Assembly (NCBI GenBank): GCA_963749655.1
Contig: CAVVOB010000029.1
Location: forward strand, 25,169-89,168
DNA from: Nitrospirota bacterium
GTDB taxonomy: Bacteria; Nitrospirota; UBA9217
DNA length: 64,000 nt
Reading direction: 5' to 3'
Positions 58,059 through 64,000 of this stretch are shown here, piece after piece. The translations under genes were made by a program, and so were the position numbers. The notes below the pieces were generated by a model, which was not told where the DNA came from, ran no database searches, and worked only from the letters and a program-made list of their open reading frames with translations. Numbering within the stretch: position 1 is the first letter of the stretch; each line of letters opens with the position of its first letter.

Positions 58059-59144
58059 ATGAAGCTTTTAAGCAGACATATTCTTCGTGAATTCATGTCC
58101 CTCTTCTTCGGGGTGCTGCTGGTCATCCTCGTCGTGTACCTCTGCATCGAGTTTCTGCAAAAGGCCGACAGGCTGATCAAGTTCCATGCCACTCTCTCCC
58201 AGGTCGTCCGGTACTTTTTGTATATCATTCCCGGCATGATCTCCATGTCCCTGCCCATGGCCGCCCTGATCGCCTCGCTCCTTTCTCTCGGCAATCTGTC
58301 GCGGCACAACGAAATCATCGCCATGCGCGCGAGCGGCGTAAGCCTGACCCAGATCGTCCTGCCGATGATCCTCGGCGGACTGCTGATCTCGGCCTTCGGA
58401 TTCTTCAATAATGAGTATCTCATGCCGGAATACGCGTCGAAAGCGAACTACATCCGCAAGATCGAGATCGAAAAAAAGCAGCAGCGGGTCGTGTTCCAGC
58501 AGCGCAAGCTGTGGCTGCGGGGCCCCGACAACAGCATCGCGAACATCGAGCTGGTTTCTCCGAACCGCAATGAGATGATCGGCCTCAACATCTACAAGCT
58601 GAATCCCGACTTCTCCATCCGTGAGCGGACCAAGGCCGCCAGTCTGCTCTGGGAAAACGGCACCTGGCGCCTCCAGCACAGCCGCACGTATTCGACCACG
58701 GGCGATCTGGTGACCTCCCGCTCGTCCGACGGGGAGGAGTACAACATTGTCGAAAGTCCCGATGACCTTGGCATGATCGTGAAGAACTCAGAAGAGATGA
58801 GCTTTTCAGAGCTCTGGGAATACATCAAGCGGCTCAGGACCGGCGGATACAAATCCGTCACCTATGAAGTGGACCTGTACAACAAGATATCCTTTCCCCT
58901 TTCGAGCCTGCTCATGGTGGTGATCTCGATCCCCTTTTCGTTCCATAAGGTGCGGAGCGGCGGAGCGGCAAAAGGTTTTGCTTTCGCCCTGGTGATCGCT
59001 TTTGCTTACTGGACGCTGCTGAGCGTCGGTACGTCGCTGGGCCATTCCGGCTTCCTCGCCCCCATGGCCGCAGCATGGTTCGCCAACTGCACGTTCGGCG
59101 TTGCGGCGATCATCGTGCTGTTCCGCATGCAGCGCGCGGTGTGA
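58059..59144 (+). CDS. lptG: LPS export ABC permease LptG
   Basis: 'LSRHNEIIAMRASG'; follows lptF. Confidence 0.9.
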   Translation: MKLLSRHILREFMSLFFGVLLVILVVYLCIEFLQKADRLIKFHATLSQVVRYFLYIIPGMISMSLPMAALIASLLSLGNLSRHNEIIAMRASGVSLTQIVLPMILGGLLISAFGFFNNEYLMPEYASKANYIRKIEIEKKQQRVVFQQRKLWLRGPDNSIANIELVSPNRNEMIGLNIYKLNPDFSIRERTKAASLLWENGTWRLQHSRTYSTTGDLVTSRSSDGEEYNIVESPDDLGMIVKNSEEMSFSELWEYIKRLRTGGYKSVTYEVDLYNKISFPLSSLLMVVISIPFSFHKVRSGGAAKGFAFALVIAFAYWTLLSVGTSLGHSGFLAPMAAAWFANCTFGVAAIIVLFRMQRAV

Positions 59145-59189
59145 CCGCGAGCCTGGTCACGTGCGAGGAACAAGCAGGGGAAAGACATC

Positions 59190-59283
59190 TTGCCACAGAG
59201 AGCAGAGAGAAAGATTTTCGGAAATCACAGAAGCTCAATTGCGGTCTTTGTTCCCCGCTGTGTTTTCGGCGATCTCAGTGGCT
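59190..59283. repeat. Degenerate CACAGAG inverted-repeat element
   Basis: TTGCCACAGAGAGCAGAG ... CTGTG ... CTCAGTGGC, similar to 33429-33534. Confidence 0.5.
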
Positions 59284-59341
59284 GCGGTTTTGGTTTGTCC
59301 TGATCAGGGGAAAATGAGCCGGGCCTGAATTACGCTCTCGT

Positions 59342-60019
59342 ATGATAAAACGCATTGTCAAAATCCTGATCGGTCTCGCCCTGGTGCCGTTCTGCATCGG
59401 ATTTACGTGGGAGTTCGGCGCGACGGTATTTTCCGTCGCCTACCGGCCCGGAGTTCCCTATATTTTTACCGGCGGCGCGATAGCCTATCTGACCCTCCAC
59501 CTCCTTTTTCGAAAACCGATCTTTTCCTACGTCATGGGGCATGAACTGACCCACGCCCTCTTCGCCGTGCTCTCGGGCGGTTCCGTCAAATCACTGCAGG
59601 CGAGCGAACGGGGCGGACGGGTGACGGTCACAAAATCGAATTTTCTGATCACCCTGGCGCCCTATTTTTTCCCGCTCTACACCGTTCTTGCCCTCCTGGG
59701 CTACGGTTCGGCGCGCGCAGCTGAAGCCGGAACGGCGATCATCGGCGGCATTGTCTTTCTGCTCGGGGCCACATTCTCTTTCCACCTCGTTTTGACCTTC
59801 ATCTTTCTGCGCACGGACCAGAGCGACATCAGCGAGCAGGGAGCCCTCTTCTCGTACCCCCTGATCTATCTCTTTAATATTTCTTTTGCCGCACTTCTGC
59901 TCCGGGCCTGCCTTGCCGAGAACATGGACTTCCTCGCTTTTTTCAGCGGTGGTATAATGAAAAGCACGGGTATGATCGCGCTGCTTGCAGGAAAAGCATA
60001 CGCACTGATAGGACGCTAG
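59342..60019 (+). CDS. M50-like membrane metallopeptidase
   Basis: 'HELTH', 'LAPYFFP', multiple TMs. Confidence 0.75.
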   Translation: MIKRIVKILIGLALVPFCIGFTWEFGATVFSVAYRPGVPYIFTGGAIAYLTLHLLFRKPIFSYVMGHELTHALFAVLSGGSVKSLQASERGGRVTVTKSNFLITLAPYFFPLYTVLALLGYGSARAAEAGTAIIGGIVFLLGATFSFHLVLTFIFLRTDQSDISEQGALFSYPLIYLFNISFAALLLRACLAENMDFLAFFSGGIMKSTGMIALLAGKAYALIGR

Positions 60020-60046
60020 AGTGTAATCGGAGGGATGGTTCATACC

Positions 60047-60661
60047 ATGCTGCTGGTGGGATTGACAGGCGGGATCGCAAGCGGAAAAAGCCTCGTGGCA
60101 AGGGTGTTCAGGGACCTGGGCGCGCACCTGATCGATGCCGACCGCATCGTTCACGAGCTTCTGGAGCCGGAGCAGCAGGGGTGGGAGGAGGTCGTGCGGC
60201 ATTTCGGAGGAGAGATCCAGCTGCCCGACGGCCGCATTGACCGCCGAAAACTGGGCGAGATCGTCTTCAACGATCAGGAAAAGAGGCAGTGGCTCAACGG
60301 ATGCCTGCATCCCAAGGTCTTTGACGTGTTCCTGTCGCAGACACGGCATATGCGGAACCGCCAGCAGGACACGATCATCGTGCTCGATGCCGCACTCCTC
60401 ATTGAAACGGGATACCACCAGAAAATGGACTGCACCATCGTTGTCTACGCCGACCTCGAACAGCAGATCGAGCGCCTCTGCAGGCGCGACAGCTTCACCC
60501 GGGAGCAGGCCCTCGCGAGAATCGGGAGCCAGATGCCCCTTTCGGAAAAACGCGCCTGCGCAGATTACGTGATCGACAACACCGGGACCCGGGAACAGAC
60601 CGAACAGCAGGCGCGGTCGATCTTCGAATGCCTGAAGCAGGAGGCACAGAAGACACCATGA
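60047..60661 (+). CDS. coaE: Dephospho-CoA kinase
   Basis: 'GLTGGIASGKS', 'IDAD', 'ADYVIDN.G'. Confidence 0.95.
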   Translation: MLLVGLTGGIASGKSLVARVFRDLGAHLIDADRIVHELLEPEQQGWEEVVRHFGGEIQLPDGRIDRRKLGEIVFNDQEKRQWLNGCLHPKVFDVFLSQTRHMRNRQQDTIIVLDAALLIETGYHQKMDCTIVVYADLEQQIERLCRRDSFTREQALARIGSQMPLSEKRACADYVIDNTGTREQTEQQARSIFECLKQEAQKTP

Positions 60662-61149
60662 GGGCAGCCGCGGTCAGGATCGTTCACCTGAATAGGTCCC
60701 ACATCCGCGCCTGTGAAGCCATTGCCGCGGGTTCGGAGCCGTGGCGGACGCTCGGGGAAAAAATGGAATTCTCCCGGCACGTCGCTGCCAAAGAGGCTTT
60801 CGTATGCCTGGTCGGCGGCGAAACCGCCGGGTTCGTGGTCTTTTCAGCCGTTCCCGTGTTTGCGCGGGGCGGATACCTCCGGGCAATCGGCGTTTCCCCT
60901 TCGATGCGGAGACGGGGCATCGGGAACCTGCTTCTCTCCTACGCGGAAAAGACAACCGCGGTCCATTCCGCAAATCTGTACCTCTGCGTTTCCTCCTTCA
61001 ACAGGGTTGCCCTGGCTTTCTACCGGAGCCGCGGCTACAGGAAGATCGGGGCGATTCCCGGCCTTATCATCGAAGGGGCATCAGAATACATCTTCTGGAA
61101 ACCGCTGCTACGCGACGCAAAAAGAATCAAGCGCAAAGGAGGGCAATGA
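60658..61149 (+). CDS. GNAT acetyltransferase
   Basis: 'V.PSMRRRGIG', 'N..ALAFY...GY'. Confidence 0.85.
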   Translation: MRAAAVRIVHLNRSHIRACEAIAAGSEPWRTLGEKMEFSRHVAAKEAFVCLVGGETAGFVVFSAVPVFARGGYLRAIGVSPSMRRRGIGNLLLSYAEKTTAVHSANLYLCVSSFNRVALAFYRSRGYRKIGAIPGLIIEGASEYIFWKPLLRDAKRIKRKGGQ

Positions 61150-61817
61150 AAAATCTCAAGAAGATCGACTTGTTCAAGGACCTCTCTGACGACGAGCTGC
61201 ATGAGCTCGAACCCTACCTGGCCACGTCTTCCTATAAAAAGAAGGAGGACATCTTTTCGGAGGGAGACCAGCCGGAATGGTTCTATATCGTGGCAAAGGG
61301 AAAGATCAAGATCACGAAGCTTTCCCACGAAGGCAAGGAGATCATCCTCGAGATCATATCGCCGACCGATATCTTCGGGGGCGTCGCGGTCCTGCGAAAC
61401 TTCCCCTACCCCGCCAACGCCATCGCCATGGAGGACAGTGAGGTCGTGAAGATATCTCGCAAGAACCTCATGCGCCTCGTGGACCGATTCCCGAACCTCA
61501 TGTACTGCATCGCCCTCCAGCTCGGGGACCGCATGAAAAGCTCCTATGACTCGCTGAAAAACATCGCCCTGGAACGGGTCGAGGCCAGGATCGCGGCGCT
61601 CCTGCTCAAGCTTGCGAACAAGGTGGGAACGAAGACTGGAGAAGGCACGATGATCGATATGCGGCTCACCAAACAGGATGTTGCCGACATGGTGGGTACG
61701 ACGGTGGAGACTTCCATCCGTACCTTCAGCAAGTTCAAGAAGATGGGCTTTCTGTCCGATGCAGACGGCAGGATCGTCATCAAGGACAAGGAAGGACTGA
61801 CGGAGCTGGCGTCGTGA
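61146..61817 (+). CDS. Crp/Fnr-family transcriptional regulator
   Basis: cNMP-type domain plus HTH 'LTKQDVADMVGTTVETSIR'. Confidence 0.93.
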   Translation: MKNLKKIDLFKDLSDDELHELEPYLATSSYKKKEDIFSEGDQPEWFYIVAKGKIKITKLSHEGKEIILEIISPTDIFGGVAVLRNFPYPANAIAMEDSEVVKISRKNLMRLVDRFPNLMYCIALQLGDRMKSSYDSLKNIALERVEARIAALLLKLANKVGTKTGEGTMIDMRLTKQDVADMVGTTVETSIRTFSKFKKMGFLSDADGRIVIKDKEGLTELAS

Positions 61818-61821
61818 TAAA

Positions 61822-61932
61822 ACCGCAGAGGGGACAGCGCAGAGAGCATGGGGCATAGGGTCGAGGCGTTTCTCGTTTTTACCCCATGCCCTTTGCACTA
61901 TGCGCTCTGCTCATCATTATGCGCTATGCCCG
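61822..61932. repeat. Heptamer-based inverted repeat between convergent genes
   Basis: GCAGAGA-GCATGGG-GCATAGG ... CCCATGC-CCTTTGC-ACTATGC-GCTCTGC. Confidence 0.65.
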
Positions 61933-61933
61933 G

Positions 61934-62347
61934 TCAATGCGGCTGCTCCTGCTTTGTCAGCAGGGTCATGAGCATATTGTAGAAAAAGAGAAAAACGGCC
62001 AGGGCCTGCACTGCGCCGAACAGCACAGTCACGGTGCGGTACGTGCCTCCGGGGTTGTAGACGTTCAGGGTGTAAAAAAGAAGCATACCGACGAGCGAAA
62101 TATTGGCAAGGTAAAACTGGGCCTCCCCGATCTTGTTGCTGTAAAGCGGCAGGCCCATGAACCGGGGCAGGATGTGATACCCCACTCCGTAGATCATCAT
62201 GGATACCCAGCCCAGCATGTTCAGATGGGAATGAACGAATTTGAGGGCCATGACGTTCTGGTTCCAGAGCATGACGATGCCGAGGACCGCGGCGATACCG
62301 AGGTAAACGATGCTCATGACGATGAATCCTTTTACGAATCTGTCCAT
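61934..62347 (-). CDS. Small 4-TM protein resembling a heme-copper oxidase fragment
   Basis: 'HSHLNMLGWVSMMIYGVGYHILPRF.G'; GGGAGG SD. Confidence 0.8.
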   Translation of the reverse strand: MDRFVKGFIVMSIVYLGIAAVLGIVMLWNQNVMALKFVHSHLNMLGWVSMMIYGVGYHILPRFMGLPLYSNKIGEAQFYLANISLVGMLLFYTLNVYNPGGTYRTVTVLFGAVQALAVFLFFYNMLMTLLTKQEQPH

Positions 62348-62417
62348 GTTTTTACGACCTCCCAGAGTATGATTGATTATTGCTGCACCCAGTGTATCAC
62401 CCGGAGCGGCGCAGGGT

Positions 62418-62468
62418 TATGATCCAACTCATAGTGTACCATATTACGGGAGTATGATGCAGGTCATA
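62418..62468. promoter_or_regulatory. Two Crp/Fnr-type sites TATGA-N6-TCATA
   Basis: TATGATCCAACTCATA (62418-62433) and TATGATGCAGGTCATA (62453-62468) between divergent genes. Confidence 0.7.
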
Positions 62469-62523
62469 GGTATCGGGACCCCGTTCCGGTATAGTGTATT
62501 CACCTAAAGAAAAGGAGGCTGCC

Positions 62524-62736
62524 ATGATCACGGAAAAAAAGAAAGTTACGAAGGATACCATAATCGGGGACGTCATAAAAATGAGCCCGGGGGCAAAAGC
62601 GGTGATCCAGAAGCATTTCGGCAACGGCTGCTTTACCTGCCCCGGCATCAACATGGAATCCATCTCCTTCGGCTCCATGATGCACAATATGGACCCGAAT
62701 AAGATTGTCGACGAAATCAACGCCCTGGAGGAATAA
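62524..62736 (+). CDS. DUF1858-like protein
   Basis: 'TKDTIIGDVI...P', 'GCFTCP....ESI'; AGGAGG SD. Confidence 0.85.
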   Translation: MITEKKKVTKDTIIGDVIKMSPGAKAVIQKHFGNGCFTCPGINMESISFGSMMHNMDPNKIVDEINALEE

Positions 62737-62874
62737 ATGCCGAGCAAAGAGATCAAATGTTTCGTATGCGGCGCGGACGATAAGACCCGCGTATACCTGC
62801 CCTGCTTTCACGAAGGCAAGGAAAAGGTCGTCTGCACCCGCTGTCTGCCCATGCTCATCCATGGGGCCCACTAA
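62737..62874 (+). CDS. 45-aa Zn-finger-like micro-protein
   Basis: MPSKEIKCFVCGADDKTRVYLPCFHEGKEKVVCTRCLPMLIHGAH*; ATG abuts the upstream stop; GGAGG SD. Confidence 0.75.
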   Translation: MPSKEIKCFVCGADDKTRVYLPCFHEGKEKVVCTRCLPMLIHGAH

Positions 62875-63097
62875 TCCCCGAAACGGCCTCTGACGGAGAG
62901 CACCGATTTCGCTCCGTCAGGGGTTTCCCCTTCCGGGCTTCACCCTCGCTGCATAACCTTAAATGAAGCAGTTCCTGTTGCCTTGCCCTGATCCGATCAC
63001 AAAGTAGGATTGGCTTTTTGGGCTGTCATGCTTTACAATACCGGCATTCCCGGATGGATACGGGGAAATACGTTCTCGAACGGAATAAAGCACACTC

Positions 63098-63805
63098 ATG
63101 AACAAAGAGCTTGCAATCGTACTGGTGAGCGGCGGCATGGACAGCTGCGTCACCGCAGCCCTGGCAGCCCGCGACTACCGGCTGGCTTTCCTGCATGTGA
63201 ATTACGGGCAGCGGACCGAGGCCCGCGAGCTGAAGGCTTTCAACGACGTCGCCGGGTTCTACGGCGCCGAAAAACGGCTCGCGGTCAGCATCGAACACCT
63301 GAAGATCATCGGCGGCTCGGCCCTGACGGACGAAAGCATCCCCGTACCGGACGCCGTAAATTCTCATTCCGCATTCCGAATTCCGAATTCCGAAATTCCT
63401 CCGACTTACGTTCCCTTCAGGAACGCCCATCTTCTCTCCATCGCCGTTTCCTGGGCAGAAGTCATCGGCGCAACCAAGATCTTCATCGGCGCCGTGGAGG
63501 AGGACAGCTCGGGATATCCTGACTGCAGGGAAGTTTTTTACCAGGCTTTCAACAAGGCGATCGAGACAGGGACGAAGCCGGAAACGCGGATCGAGGCAGT
63601 GACGCCCCTCATCCATATGAGAAAGTCGCAGATCGTGAAGCTCGGCACGGAACTCGGCGCACCCCTGCACCTGACCTGGAGCTGCTATCAGAACAGCGAA
63701 CGGGCCTGCGGCAGGTGCGACAGCTGCATGCTGAGATTGAAAGGCTTCGAAAAGGCGGGTGTCAAGGACCCGATTCCCTATCAACCGGCAGGGGACCGGA
63801 GCTAA
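63098..63805 (+). CDS. queC: 7-cyano-7-deazaguanine synthase
   Basis: 'SGGMDS', 'YGQR', 'YVPFRN', 'GYPDCR', 'TWSCY...CGRCDSC..R'. Confidence 0.95.
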   Translation: MNKELAIVLVSGGMDSCVTAALAARDYRLAFLHVNYGQRTEARELKAFNDVAGFYGAEKRLAVSIEHLKIIGGSALTDESIPVPDAVNSHSAFRIPNSEIPPTYVPFRNAHLLSIAVSWAEVIGATKIFIGAVEEDSSGYPDCREVFYQAFNKAIETGTKPETRIEAVTPLIHMRKSQIVKLGTELGAPLHLTWSCYQNSERACGRCDSCMLRLKGFEKAGVKDPIPYQPAGDRS

Positions 63806-64000
63806 AAGAAGCTCGTCACGACCAGGACCAGCGTCAGCGCGACCATGATGATGACGGTCGCCCATGCGATACTATTAAATATTTTCGAGTTCGTATAGTC
63901 ACCCATCAGGTCCTTGTCGTTTATCAGGAGAAGCATAAAGATGAGGACGAAGGGCAGCATGATGCCGTTCACGACCTGCGAGATGTCGTCGAAGCGCCCG
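63802..64000 (-). CDS. Nramp/MntH-like metal transporter, 3' end only
   Basis: 'SQVVNGIMLPFVLIFMLLLIND..LMG.YTN' C-terminal signature. Confidence 0.7.
   Translation of the reverse strand, partial: GRFDDISQVVNGIMLPFVLIFMLLLINDKDLMGDYTNSKIFNSIAWATVIIMVALTLVLVVTSFF

Noticed and set aside
62940-63097. preQ1 riboswitch upstream of queC
   Set aside because: I could not find the characteristic stem plus A-rich tail pattern; an Rfam scan would settle it.
63984-64000. Last bases do not read like the hydrophobic Nramp helix expected before 'SQVVNG'
   Set aside because: Too short to tell an indel, a junction or natural divergence apart.

Overview
Bacterial chromosomal segment. Gene content (c7 cytochromes, TIGR04442-like gene, cNOR, smc) suggests a Nitrospirota or Desulfobacterota-like anaerobe or microaerophile; this is an inference. 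Bases 1-10.8 kb hold the distal end of an integron cassette array: 12 attC sites (one collapsed), mostly a conserved ~60-bp family, with no intI in the window. Cassettes include a DUF262 gene, two reverse-oriented small genes (a 51-aa peptide with a QLQLF clamp-binding-like motif and a phage-type DUF551 gene), a YARHG protein, a DMT transporter and a RelE/ParE toxin-antitoxin pair. An ISL3 interrupts one cassette gene (8-bp target duplication), and an IS1182 sits exactly in an attC core site. The rest is GC-richer backbone: an O2/NO-stress region (peroxiredoxin, Rrf2, cydAB, hemerythrin, HD-GYP, HPP/CBS, protoglobin-PsiE, ferredoxin, norCB, rubredoxin); a TetR-HlyD-ABC exporter; TPM genes; a radical SAM-archease-rtcB cluster; c7 cytochromes; ppx; a transglutaminase-ABC operon; smc with NrdR-like boxes; lptFG, coaE, a Crp/Fnr regulator and queC. 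The best hidden signals are an unannotated 52-codon membrane micro-gene with an in-frame UGA and a SECIS-like hairpin (candidate selenoprotein), the reverse cassettes, the IS1182 at attC, three shared TATGA-N6-TCATA sites, and dispersed 7-bp and 9-bp repeat elements. Many genes carry single-base frameshifts, probably long-read errors. All family assignments come from motif recognition by eye, not database searches.
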